DNA of 64,000 nucleotides from Candidatus Obscuribacteraceae bacterium (GTDB lineage Bacteria; Cyanobacteriota; Vampirovibrionia; Obscuribacterales; Obscuribacteraceae). A program made the position numbers and the translations under genes. Shown one piece after another: positions 1 to 9,258 of this stretch (position 1 is the stretch's first letter; each line of letters opens with the position of its first letter). Where the stretch lies: positions 480,001 through 544,000 of the forward strand of contig JBGAHS010000001.1 of assembly GCA_044226015.1 (NCBI GenBank), written 5' to 3'. A model generated the notes under the pieces. It was given only the letters and a program-made list of their open reading frames with translations. It was not told where the DNA came from and searched no databases.

Positions 1-956
1 CCGGACAGCCTGCTGATGAGTTGCGAACTGCAATGGCGCCGTTCCTGAAAAGAGACCCGGCCAGGGCGGCGCATCTGAGGAAATTGTTGTCTGCCGGACA
101 ATTTACTCCGGACAAAATCTGGCCGACTCTGCAAGTTGTATGTTGCTGGACCAAAGCCAGTGCCGCCTTCTATATAAAGGATTTCAATCGCTATTTTGGA
201 AAAGTGCCAATCATAGACATCAGTTATGGCGCAAGTGAAGGGCGTGGCAGTCTATCCATGGGCGATGGTCGCCAATTGCTCTCCATCCGTTCGCACTTTT
301 TTGAGTTTGTCCCTGAAGAATGTATAGAAGAGGCGAACCCTCCTGTTTTGCTGGCGGATGAGCTTGAGCTTGGTAAAAACTACTACATTTTATTTACTAG
401 TTCTGCCGGGCTTTATCGTTACCATATAAATGATGTGATTCGAGTGGTTGGCTTCCATCACCAATGCCCGCTCATCGAATTTCAATATAAAGGTGGAAAC
501 GTATCGTCGTTTACCGGAGAGAAATTAACTGAGCTGCAAATCACCGACTGTATGCGGGCGGCTCTCGCTAGCAGTGGAATGCGCTGTAGATTTTTTACCG
601 TTCTGCCTGAGTTCAACCCAAACCCACACTATCAGCTTTTGTTCGAGCCCGAAACCGGCTGTGAGTACTCTAAGTCTGATTTGCAGAATCTTCTGAACAG
701 TTATGAGTTAGAGCTTTGCAGAACTAATGTGGAATACAAAGCCAAGCGTGATTCGATGAGGCTAGATGCATTCGAAGGCGCGTTTCTTCCAACAGGCTCA
801 TATGAAGCATTGCGCAAGGAAATGACCAATAATGGAGTTGCAGATGCGCAAATCAAGTTGAGTCATTTGAATCCAAAAGCTAACGTGAGAACATACTTTT
901 CTGAAAAAGCTGCGGGTGATTGGGTTTCTGCAGTCTGCAAGGCGAAACTCACCTGA
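1..956 (+). CDS. GH3 family acyl-amido synthetase-like protein, C-terminal part (5' end outside window)
   Basis: GH3 motifs YGASEG, FFEFVP, GLYRYHINDVIRVVGF and GEKL; the frame is open to the window start. Confidence 0.85.
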   Translation, partial: GQPADELRTAMAPFLKRDPARAAHLRKLLSAGQFTPDKIWPTLQVVCCWTKASAAFYIKDFNRYFGKVPIIDISYGASEGRGSLSMGDGRQLLSIRSHFFEFVPEECIEEANPPVLLADELELGKNYYILFTSSAGLYRYHINDVIRVVGFHHQCPLIEFQYKGGNVSSFTGEKLTELQITDCMRAALASSGMRCRFFTVLPEFNPNPHYQLLFEPETGCEYSKSDLQNLLNSYELELCRTNVEYKAKRDSMRLDAFEGAFLPTGSYEALRKEMTNNGVADAQIKLSHLNPKANVRTYFSEKAAGDWVSAVCKAKLT

Positions 957-1027
957 AATTCAACTTACATGTTGGTGAATGATGCAGTATCCTAAAAATA
1001 TACGCACATCAAAACCCGAGAGGCAGC

Positions 1028-1531
1028 ATGAGCGGAGATTCGACAAAGAAGGATAAGGGCCCTGAGGGCTCTGAAGATAAAGCTAGCAAGGAGTACCTGA
1101 AGGATTACTTGCGCAGCGTTTACGGCGTGAGCATAGCAGGTCGCTCCAGCATTCAGAACGATTTAACGCAGTCGGGGCAGCACAGAGCTGTTCGAATAGT
1201 CTCGGATGAGTACCTCTTCCGGCTGCTGGCTCGATTTAATGATTTGGACATTGCTCCTCGCGATGGGTTCATTAGCCGGGCAGAGCTTGAATATGCTTGC
1301 AATAACCCGCGTCTTCATTTTGATCAAAAAGACAAGAAAATGCTGGACATACTGCGCTACTATTATTTGACGATTAAAGAAGTCGCTGCGGTGGAACATC
1401 CGGACATTCCTCCGCATCATGGTATAAGTAGGCAAGATCTTGAAACTATTTCTACTTCGAGCAGTGTGCCATGTGTAAAGTTGAGAAAACGTCTGGAAGA
1501 GGAATTTGTGGCTTTAGAACCGGTAAGCTGA
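1028..1531 (+). CDS. hypothetical protein with EF-hand-like motif(s)
   Basis: 167-aa ORF with SD-like GAGG; DLDIAPRDGFISRAELE resembles an EF-hand loop and a second GISRQDL follows. Confidence 0.6.
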   Translation: MSGDSTKKDKGPEGSEDKASKEYLKDYLRSVYGVSIAGRSSIQNDLTQSGQHRAVRIVSDEYLFRLLARFNDLDIAPRDGFISRAELEYACNNPRLHFDQKDKKMLDILRYYYLTIKEVAAVEHPDIPPHHGISRQDLETISTSSSVPCVKLRKRLEEEFVALEPVS

Positions 1532-2010
1532 ATTCAAGCGCCTTCTTCGCCCAAATTTCACTTAGTTCTCTATTTGTTCTGCTGCTTTCTTTTGCTGCCG
1601 GACCTGCTTCCGTTCAAGCTGAGGATTCAGCTGTGCTGGAAGCGCAGAAGGTCTTCAAACAATATGTTGATTTGGAAAGAGCCTACGACCCGTTGCAAGC
1701 TGATTTGTTTGCACCGAATGCGGTGATTAAAGATACGCGTCTCTATCAAGATGGACAAAATAAGGTTCTCACCTGGAATGGAGAAAGCTACAAGCAAATT
1801 ATAAAAGCGCAATTGCCAGTGTCTCGAGCCAGGGCAGAGCAGTTCAATTATTCGCAAGCTGTGTTCAGCAAAGAAGGCGGAAACGTAAGAATGAAATGCT
1901 CGCGCTCATCGAGTACAAAGAGATATGCTGCCCCTCTGGAAATGGTCTTTTCGGCAGGCAAAAATGGTGCCTGGAAAATCATCGAAGAGAGTATGCAGAG
2001 TCAGTTGTAA
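1471..2010 (+). CDS. secreted NTF2/SnoaL-like fold hypothetical protein (true start probably near 1528)
   Basis: Hydrophobic signal peptide ending ASVQA-ED; ADLFAPNA and GAWKIIEE patterns are typical of NTF2-like folds. Confidence 0.6.
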   Translation: MCKVEKTSGRGICGFRTGKLNSSAFFAQISLSSLFVLLLSFAAGPASVQAEDSAVLEAQKVFKQYVDLERAYDPLQADLFAPNAVIKDTRLYQDGQNKVLTWNGESYKQIIKAQLPVSRARAEQFNYSQAVFSKEGGNVRMKCSRSSSTKRYAAPLEMVFSAGKNGAWKIIEESMQSQL

Positions 2011-2023
2011 TTTGCATCAAGCA

Positions 2024-2058
2024 TGCCCAGATCTTGCATGGGCAAGTTTGTCTCTTTT
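2024..2058. terminator. hairpin terminator between convergent genes
   Basis: TGCCCA-N9-TGGGCA stem followed by a T-rich tract. Confidence 0.45.
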
Positions 2059-2071
2059 GAATGGATTTGAT

Positions 2072-4930
2072 TTAACCGGTGCTCTGTAGACCTGCCGCCA
2101 CGCCGTTTATTGCCATAAGAATAGTTTCGAGCAGGTAATCTCGCTCATCGGAATTCACCAGGGCAACGCCTGTTTCTTTCATTTGCCTCTGGTGCTCATC
2201 GCGCCATTCTTTTATGAATCGCACCTGCAAGTAGCTCAATGGGTCTACGTAAGGATTTCTCAATGCGATTGACCGTTGCAAAAATGGATTGTCCGAAAGC
2301 AGGCTATCGTGCTGAGAGATCGAAAAAACTGTAGAACGGCATCGTTCGAACTCATCAATGATTCGTTGTAAGTATTTTTCCTGAAGTGCTTTGTCTTTCA
2401 CGAGTGTGTTCGCGTAGAAGCGAGCTATGTTCATGTCGGTAACTGCAAGTGCAGTTTCAATTTTAGAGATTAAGACGTGGAACATCGGCCACTCCGCATA
2501 GAGTTTGCGCATGAACTCCAGTCGTTTTTCGCCGTGCTTTTCTATTTGCTTTTGATACGCGGTGCCGAGCCCATACCAGGCAGGTAAAATGAATCTGCTT
2601 TGGGTCCAGGCGAATACCCATGGAATCGCGCGCAGATCGCCAATTCCCTGGCTGCCTGTTTTTCTTCTGGTTGGACGCGAACCCATCCTCAAATGCGAGA
2701 TTTCATTAATTGGAGTCGCTTGCTGGAAGAAACGTACAAAATCACTGTCACCATAGACGATACTGCGGAAGCTCTCGAAGGCGTCTTGTGAAAATTCCTC
2801 CATGAAAGCTGCCCATTCTGCCGGCTCTGATGCATGCTCATTGCCGCTTGCGTCTTGAATTGATGTTTCCAGAACCGCGGCAGCAAGTTGTTCAAAGTTT
2901 CGAACTGCAATCGTGTGCAGCGAATATTTTGCTGAAATCACTTCGCCCTGCTCTGTGATTTTAATTCTGCCCGCCACTGTGCCTGGAGGTTGCGCCATTA
3001 TCGCTCTGTGGGTGGGTCCGCCTCCTCGCCCGATTGTGCCGCCTCTGCCATGAAAGAGCCGCAGTTTTACCTGATACTTGTTTCCAATCTCGACGAGTTG
3101 CTTTTGTACTTTGTAAAGCTCCCAGTTGGATGTTACGATGCCGCCATCCTTGCTACTATCGGAATATCCGATCATGATTTCCTGGACCTTGTCGCGCTTT
3201 GATAGATACTGGGAATAAACTGGATTGCTCAGCAGCTTCTCGAGTATCTCGGCTGATCTTCGAAGGTCACCTATTGTTTCGAACAGTGGCACAACGCTTA
3301 CACTTCTATTTGGATGGGCGTCGGTAAAAAATCCAGCTTCTTTTGCAAACAGCAGAATACATAGTAAATCGCTGGTTTCTTGCGTCATGCTGACAATGTA
3401 AGTGTCGAGTGCCTCCGTGCCATATTTGTCCTGGCACTCAGCCATACAACGAAATACCTCAATGGTATCAGCTGTTTCTTTTGAGAAGTTCAGTTCATGC
3501 GGAATTAGTGGACGTTGTTGGCTGAGTTCCTGTCCAAGGAACTTAATTTTTTCGTCTTCATTGAGATTCGCATATTGACCATCATTGATGCCGATAGCTT
3601 TGCATACTTCATCTAGTGCGCTGAGGTGTCTTGAGCTGTGCTGTCTGATATCCAGTTTCGCAAGGTGGAAGCCAAAGATATCGACGGTATCAATTACTGA
3701 CTTCAAGCTGCTTGTACCCAAGTTGCATCCGCTCAGATTCAGGCATTCCAGTATGGTGCATAAATCGCTTCGGAAGGCAGCAGGTGCATCATAATGCAGT
3801 TCCTTTGTACAGGGTTGATCAGCATTCAATGCCTCCAGGCTGTTTTTGATCTTTTCGTGCATTATTAGAATGAGCTGCCTCAGCGGCTCATGTATCAGTC
3901 TTTGCTCAATTCTGTCTTTTACTTCCTGGGGAAGTGCGTCAAAATCTCGTTCGACTGCGGTGCTTAGCTCCGGTGTGACTTTCACCCAATTGTCAGAGTG
4001 GCTGAATTCGTTAAACAGCGAATTCAACTCCTTCAAGTAGCGATTCAAGATCAAGTTGCGCTGATAGACTAGAGCTTTCTTTGTAATTTCCGTGGACACA
4101 AACGGGTTGCCATCGCGGTCTCCACCGATCCACGACCCGAAAGTGGTGAATCTCTTTACCGGATAGTTTTTGTCTTCTGATATGGAATCAAGCTTTTGGC
4201 GCAATTCTGCGTGGAGTTCGAGTATCGCATCAATAACAACATGTTCAAAGTGATAAAGTCCGTACCTGACTTCATCCAATACAGTTGGTTTGAAGTACAT
4301 TACATGGTCGCTGAGCCAGAGCGTCTCGACGGTAGATGCTAACTGCTCGTTTATTGCCTCGTGCTCACGTCTTGTAAGTGGCGGATGGTCCCTTCTATAA
4401 AGACAGTTTGCAATAGCCAGCTGCTTTAGAAACACTGTTCGTCGCGTGATTTCTGTAGGGTGCGCAGTAAATACAACCTGCACATCCATATTATTTATGG
4501 CAGCCTTTAGTAGCTCATCATTGCATTTTGCCTGCGCGTAGACACCCTGCAGGGAATCTTCCTGTGTAGGGCTGTTTGCAATGTTTTCAAGTTCGGACCG
4601 CCGACGAAGTCGGTGGTGTTGTTCCGCGATATTTATCAGGTCAAAATATGTAAGGAATGCTTTTATTATTTTTGTTCCGGTACTGAAATCTACGTTCTCA
4701 ATCAGATTTGACAGTTCTTCTTTCTGAGCTGATTCAGGATTCTCATGTAATTCCTTACATAGTCTTCTGAATTGCTCAACCTTTGCAAAAACTTCCTCTC
4801 CATCTATCCTGCGGATAGTGTCGCCAAGCAGCGTTCCGAGAAATCTAATGTCATCACGTAATGGGCGATTTTTTTCAACAAGCTCCCACGGAATACTTGT
4901 TTCAGCCTGTTCTTTGACGATTTCAGCCAC
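2072..4930 (-). CDS. ppc: phosphoenolpyruvate carboxylase
   Basis: VFTAHPTE, GSWIGGDRDGNP, QEIMIGYSDSSKDGG, FHGRGGTIGRGGGP, LRAIPWVFAWTQSR and C-terminal AAGLQSTG. Confidence 0.98.
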   Translation of the reverse strand: MAEIVKEQAETSIPWELVEKNRPLRDDIRFLGTLLGDTIRRIDGEEVFAKVEQFRRLCKELHENPESAQKEELSNLIENVDFSTGTKIIKAFLTYFDLINIAEQHHRLRRRSELENIANSPTQEDSLQGVYAQAKCNDELLKAAINNMDVQVVFTAHPTEITRRTVFLKQLAIANCLYRRDHPPLTRREHEAINEQLASTVETLWLSDHVMYFKPTVLDEVRYGLYHFEHVVIDAILELHAELRQKLDSISEDKNYPVKRFTTFGSWIGGDRDGNPFVSTEITKKALVYQRNLILNRYLKELNSLFNEFSHSDNWVKVTPELSTAVERDFDALPQEVKDRIEQRLIHEPLRQLILIMHEKIKNSLEALNADQPCTKELHYDAPAAFRSDLCTILECLNLSGCNLGTSSLKSVIDTVDIFGFHLAKLDIRQHSSRHLSALDEVCKAIGINDGQYANLNEDEKIKFLGQELSQQRPLIPHELNFSKETADTIEVFRCMAECQDKYGTEALDTYIVSMTQETSDLLCILLFAKEAGFFTDAHPNRSVSVVPLFETIGDLRRSAEILEKLLSNPVYSQYLSKRDKVQEIMIGYSDSSKDGGIVTSNWELYKVQKQLVEIGNKYQVKLRLFHGRGGTIGRGGGPTHRAIMAQPPGTVAGRIKITEQGEVISAKYSLHTIAVRNFEQLAAAVLETSIQDASGNEHASEPAEWAAFMEEFSQDAFESFRSIVYGDSDFVRFFQQATPINEISHLRMGSRPTRRKTGSQGIGDLRAIPWVFAWTQSRFILPAWYGLGTAYQKQIEKHGEKRLEFMRKLYAEWPMFHVLISKIETALAVTDMNIARFYANTLVKDKALQEKYLQRIIDEFERCRSTVFSISQHDSLLSDNPFLQRSIALRNPYVDPLSYLQVRFIKEWRDEHQRQMKETGVALVNSDERDYLLETILMAINGVAAGLQSTG

Positions 4931-5040
4931 TTTTCACCCACTTTGAATTCACCGCTATGCGGTTCTGAGGAGAGAACAAAGGGGCATTTTACTGGTTCAG
5001 CTTTGCAAGTTCAACCGAGCTATCGAAATGCGCGCCCAGA

Positions 5041-6636
5041 TCATTCTGCGTGGGCGCTGAGAGGACCCTCTGCCTTCTTCATGAAGAAGATTGCCATCGC
5101 ACCTAGTACCAGTGAGATTGCAATTGCTATGAATGCATCGTTAAATGCCATAACATAAGACTCCTTGCGTACCTGATTCGCTAGCAGCTGCAGTGCCTGC
5201 TCATGCGATGACCATGCACTTGCACCGGTATGAGCCATTTTTTGCGAAACGGAATAGAGAAACTCTCTTACATTTGGGTCCGATTCGCTGATTCGCTCCA
5301 TCAACCTTGCAGAGTGAAATTGCTCCCTTTGTGTTACGAGCGTTGCAGCTAGCGCTGTGCCAATTGAACCACCAAGATTTCGCATCATATTAAAGAGCGC
5401 TGAAGCAGAGCCGGTTTGTTCCTTTTCCAGTCCGGCGGTCGCCATAGCTGATAGTGGTGTGATTATGAATGGCAGTCCCAGCGCTCTGACAACCATTGCA
5501 AAGATTAGCTGTTCCCCGGCATAATCGTGGCTCATGAATCCGTTAAGACCGCAGCTGATAGCAAACATCACGAGCCCGTATGCAATTAGCATTCGCGGGT
5601 CGATTTTTTTCATGAGAATTGGAACTAGTGGTGTTATAAGAAGTTGCGGCAAGCCCGACCACATCAATACCTGTCCAATCTGCGATGCACTGTAGCCATG
5701 TACTATCGCCAGGTACAGTGGTAAGAGATAGACACTTCCATAGAGCGCGAGTCCTAGAGTTATGTTTGCAAAAGTGCCAAAGCCGAAGTTGCGCCTGATT
5801 AGCAGTTTGAGATTGACCAGTGGGTATTTTGCCAATAGCTCTCTAATCGTGAATAGTGTAAGGGAAATTGCGGCAATTACCGAGGCTAATCTAATCTCTT
5901 CTGAGCCCAGCCAATCTTTTCTTTGACCCTCTTCTAGTACAAAAATAAGTGAGCTGAGCCCTGCAACCATTGTGATGATGCCTGCAAGATCATGTTTCTT
6001 CAAAACGTCTAGCTGCATTTTTGACTTTGGAAGCGAGTACATCAGCATCGCAATTAGTATTGCCCCTGGTATCAGATTCAAGTAGAAGATGTAGGGCCAG
6101 CTGAACGTATCTGTAATGTAACCACCTATGGCAGGACCGATAGATGGCGCGAAAGTCGCGGAGATGCTGAAAATTGCCAGTCCTATTGGTTGTTTTGAGG
6201 GTGGCAGCATTTCCAAAATGGTGGAAAAACACATTGGTATCAATATGCCACCGGTGAAGCCCTGCGCGGCGCGACATACAATCATTGTCGTCAGGTCGTG
6301 GGCGGTGCCACATAAAATTGAAAACAGAACGAATAAAATAGCGTTTACGACGATGTACAGACGAGGCGAGAATACTCTCGACAGCCAACCTGTCAGCGGA
6401 ATGGTTATGATCTCTGCGATTAAGTAAGAAGTTGATATCCAGCTTCCTTCATCAACGCTTGCTCCCAAGCCACCCTGTATATCACGAAGCGAGGAAGCGG
6501 TAATTTGAATATCCAGAACTGCCATAAAGGCGCCGATGGATGAACCAATTACCGCAATCCAGTTTTTTAGTGGAACCTTGTCTTCGGAATTTGAAGAACT
6601 CATTGGAGGTTTAGTTTTTGTTGCTGAGCCTTTCAT
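5041..6636 (-). CDS. DHA2 family MFS efflux permease (EmrB/QacA-like)
   Basis: GAFMAVLDIQI, WISTSYL, GPAIGG, WPYIFYLN and many TM segments; adjacent to a membrane fusion protein. Confidence 0.93.
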   Translation of the reverse strand: MKGSATKTKPPMSSSNSEDKVPLKNWIAVIGSSIGAFMAVLDIQITASSLRDIQGGLGASVDEGSWISTSYLIAEIITIPLTGWLSRVFSPRLYIVVNAILFVLFSILCGTAHDLTTMIVCRAAQGFTGGILIPMCFSTILEMLPPSKQPIGLAIFSISATFAPSIGPAIGGYITDTFSWPYIFYLNLIPGAILIAMLMYSLPKSKMQLDVLKKHDLAGIITMVAGLSSLIFVLEEGQRKDWLGSEEIRLASVIAAISLTLFTIRELLAKYPLVNLKLLIRRNFGFGTFANITLGLALYGSVYLLPLYLAIVHGYSASQIGQVLMWSGLPQLLITPLVPILMKKIDPRMLIAYGLVMFAISCGLNGFMSHDYAGEQLIFAMVVRALGLPFIITPLSAMATAGLEKEQTGSASALFNMMRNLGGSIGTALAATLVTQREQFHSARLMERISESDPNVREFLYSVSQKMAHTGASAWSSHEQALQLLANQVRKESYVMAFNDAFIAIAISLVLGAMAIFFMKKAEGPLSAHAE

Positions 6637-8048
6637 TATCTTAAACCGGATGCAATAGCCTGTGTGCTTTCTTGCTCTCTAAGAGCGACACTGGTGACTA
6701 CTGAAAGACCTGGTGCCAGCCGATCCTCGAACCCTTTGATGGAGCCCGGTGCAAAGAGAATTTTTACCGGGACTCGTTGAACAATTTTGGTGAAGTTGCC
6801 GGTTGCATTATCTGAGGGCAACACTGCGAAGCTTGCTCCGCTAGCAGGTGAGAAACTCTGTACTTTGCCTTCGAATTTGTGATCTGGAAAGGAATCGATT
6901 TTGATTTCTACTTCCTGACCTGATTTCATTTGCTTCAGCTGTGTCTCTTTGTAGTTTGCTACAACCCACAGGTCGTCGGAGACTATAGTTAGCAGAGGCT
7001 GCCCGGGCTCGATTCTTTGACCTTCCTCAACCGTTTTCTTGCCGATGCGTCCAGATGTTGGTGCGATTATTTTTGTGTACGACAAGTTCAATTCTGCTTC
7101 GTGCACGGCGGCCTTTGCTGCAGCGATCGCAGCCAGGTCAGTTTCAAACTTGCCTTGATTTACTTCGGTCTGCACAGCACTCGCTTTTGCTAGCTGGACT
7201 TGAGCTTCAGCCTTGGTCAGGTCTGCCTTACTTGTTTTGACTGATTGTTGAGCTTGAACAAATCTTTCAGTTGCCTGTGTAATTACTTCGCGTGCTGCAT
7301 CTCTGTTTCCGAGCGCAACCAAATAGTCCCTTTTAGCGGCATCTTTTTGGCTGGTGCTAATTGCCCCTTCTTTTTCAAGTGTCGCAAACCGCTTGAAGTC
7401 CGCCTCTGCTCTTGTTAGCTCAGCTTCCTTTGCTGCAAGCTGAGATTCAGCTGACTGAATACTTGCCTGAGTTTCGCGTACTGCGGCTTCAGATTTTTGA
7501 ATTGTTGCAATTGCATTATCAATGCTTCCCTGCGCATCTGCACTTTGCCCTTTTGCGGTGGTGTCTTGAAATGTGACCGATTTCCCTGCTGCTTTTGCTT
7601 GTTGTTCAGCCTGAAGCAAGTTCGCCAGTGCCTGATCGACTTTGACTTTGTAGTCTTTGGGATCTAATAAAACAAGTAGCTGACCAGCTTTTACATGTTG
7701 ATTATCGTCAACCAGCACCTTCTCTACAGTGCCATTAACTCGTGTACTTACTTGGTGCAGGTGCCCTGTCACGTAGGCATCATCAGTTTCTTCATGACTG
7801 CTTATGTGTTGAAACGCTCTGTAAGCAGCGACTGCGCCAGCGCTTAAGACAGCTGTTAGTAGCGCACCAATTAGTATTGCTTTTAAAAGTTTTCCACTTG
7901 GCTTTTTCTCATTCGGTGGCATGCCTTCCTTTTTGTTTTCTGTTGCTGGTTCAGGAAGGCTGGTTTCTGCAGTCACAATCCTGATGCGACCCTTCGCGCA
8001 GTTCATGCCGAAGTTGGGATTGTTCATTCCGCTATATGCAATTTCCAT
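6636..8048 (-). CDS. HlyD/EmrA family membrane fusion protein (true start may be downstream)
   Basis: TDDAYV, lipoyl half motifs, a coiled coil and DNATGNFTKIVQRVPVKI. Confidence 0.93.
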   Translation of the reverse strand: MEIAYSGMNNPNFGMNCAKGRIRIVTAETSLPEPATENKKEGMPPNEKKPSGKLLKAILIGALLTAVLSAGAVAAYRAFQHISSHEETDDAYVTGHLHQVSTRVNGTVEKVLVDDNQHVKAGQLLVLLDPKDYKVKVDQALANLLQAEQQAKAAGKSVTFQDTTAKGQSADAQGSIDNAIATIQKSEAAVRETQASIQSAESQLAAKEAELTRAEADFKRFATLEKEGAISTSQKDAAKRDYLVALGNRDAAREVITQATERFVQAQQSVKTSKADLTKAEAQVQLAKASAVQTEVNQGKFETDLAAIAAAKAAVHEAELNLSYTKIIAPTSGRIGKKTVEEGQRIEPGQPLLTIVSDDLWVVANYKETQLKQMKSGQEVEIKIDSFPDHKFEGKVQSFSPASGASFAVLPSDNATGNFTKIVQRVPVKILFAPGSIKGFEDRLAPGLSVVTSVALREQESTQAIASGLR

Positions 8049-8224
8049 ATTCCAATCTCCATGCTCGCGCTGAGACAGAGCTCGGCTCTGTGTCGCAAGC
8101 GATTCAAAACTTAGATTTGCTGACCGCGACCGAGGAAGCCTTTGTTCGACGCACTGGTCATCTCTTACTTTTCTACTTTAAGACCACTAGACCGATTGGT
8201 CCAATACGTGTATTTGATGGAATC

Positions 8225-8241
8225 GATAGTTAATACCTATC
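8225..8241. promoter_or_regulatory. LysR-type regulator binding site (T-N11-A dyad)
   Basis: GATAG-N7-CTATC inverted repeat in the divergent emrA-like/lysR intergenic region. Confidence 0.6.
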
Positions 8242-8356
8242 AATCGTCCCAATCAAGGTAGAATAGTCTCAGGCGGACTTTTTCTGCAAAATGCTCGTCC
8301 ATAGTACCCTTTGGGATATCTGCCAGAACTCTTGGAATGCTCGGAGCAAACAAAAG

Positions 8357-9244
8357 ATGGAATTGCGACAGCTCAGATACTTCATTCGGGCGGCAGAGTT
8401 ATTGAACTTCACCAGGGCTGCCGAGTCGCTTTATGTTTCGCAGCCTACGCTCTCCGTTCAGATCAATCAGTTGGAAAAAGAGCTGGGTACTGAATTGTTT
8501 TCACGAGTCGGACGCAGTGTTCGGCTAACGGAATCTGGGCGCGTGTTTTTGAAACGCGCAAGGCAAGTGGTTAAAGAACTAGAAGAAGGCAGCCAGGAGA
8601 TTGACGCGATCAATGGCTTGTTGCGCGGCAATCTTTGTTTGAGTTCTCTTCCTCTATATGGAAGTCGACTCCTCTCTGGGTGGGTGTCCATGTTTGTAGA
8701 GCAACATCCTGGTATGTTTTTGCGCGTTAAACCTGGCGCAAGCGAAGACATCGAGGCTGGGCTTCTTTCAGGGGCGGTGGATCTTGGATTTACAATATTG
8801 CCCATTCAGCACAGCGAACTCAGCTTTAGAGAGCTGCTCAAGGATGAAATTGTGCTTGTGGTGGCTGATACTCATGTGCTTGCTGATAAGTCAGAAATTT
8901 CGCTGAGGGATTTGCATGATTTGCCGATGGCTTTGCCGTCCGAACGAATTGCTGCAACGCAACTATTGACCAAATATTTTGATGAGCACAAAATAGTCCC
9001 GCGCATAAGCCTGAGTTACGATGATGGACACGCACTTCTTGAGCTTGTGAAAAAAGGACGATTTGTTACTTTCCTGCCCAAATGGGGCGTTAAAGGGCTT
9101 CCTGATATTAGAATCTTTCCTCTGCCTGGCCTGGGGGTTGATATCACCGCTGGTGCTGTGTGGGCAAATCTCTCTGCTGCAGCAAAGGCTTTTTTAGATT
9201 TGGCAACAGAGCAGGCGACGCTTTTGCAAAGCGAAATGAGCTGA
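8357..9244 (+). CDS. LysR family transcriptional regulator
   Basis: MELRQLRYF...NFTRAAESLYVSQPTLSVQINQLEKELG HTH plus a substrate-binding domain. Confidence 0.95.
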   Translation: MELRQLRYFIRAAELLNFTRAAESLYVSQPTLSVQINQLEKELGTELFSRVGRSVRLTESGRVFLKRARQVVKELEEGSQEIDAINGLLRGNLCLSSLPLYGSRLLSGWVSMFVEQHPGMFLRVKPGASEDIEAGLLSGAVDLGFTILPIQHSELSFRELLKDEIVLVVADTHVLADKSEISLRDLHDLPMALPSERIAATQLLTKYFDEHKIVPRISLSYDDGHALLELVKKGRFVTFLPKWGVKGLPDIRIFPLPGLGVDITAGAVWANLSAAAKAFLDLATEQATLLQSEMS

Positions 9245-9258
9245 TCTTTTCGTGCTTA

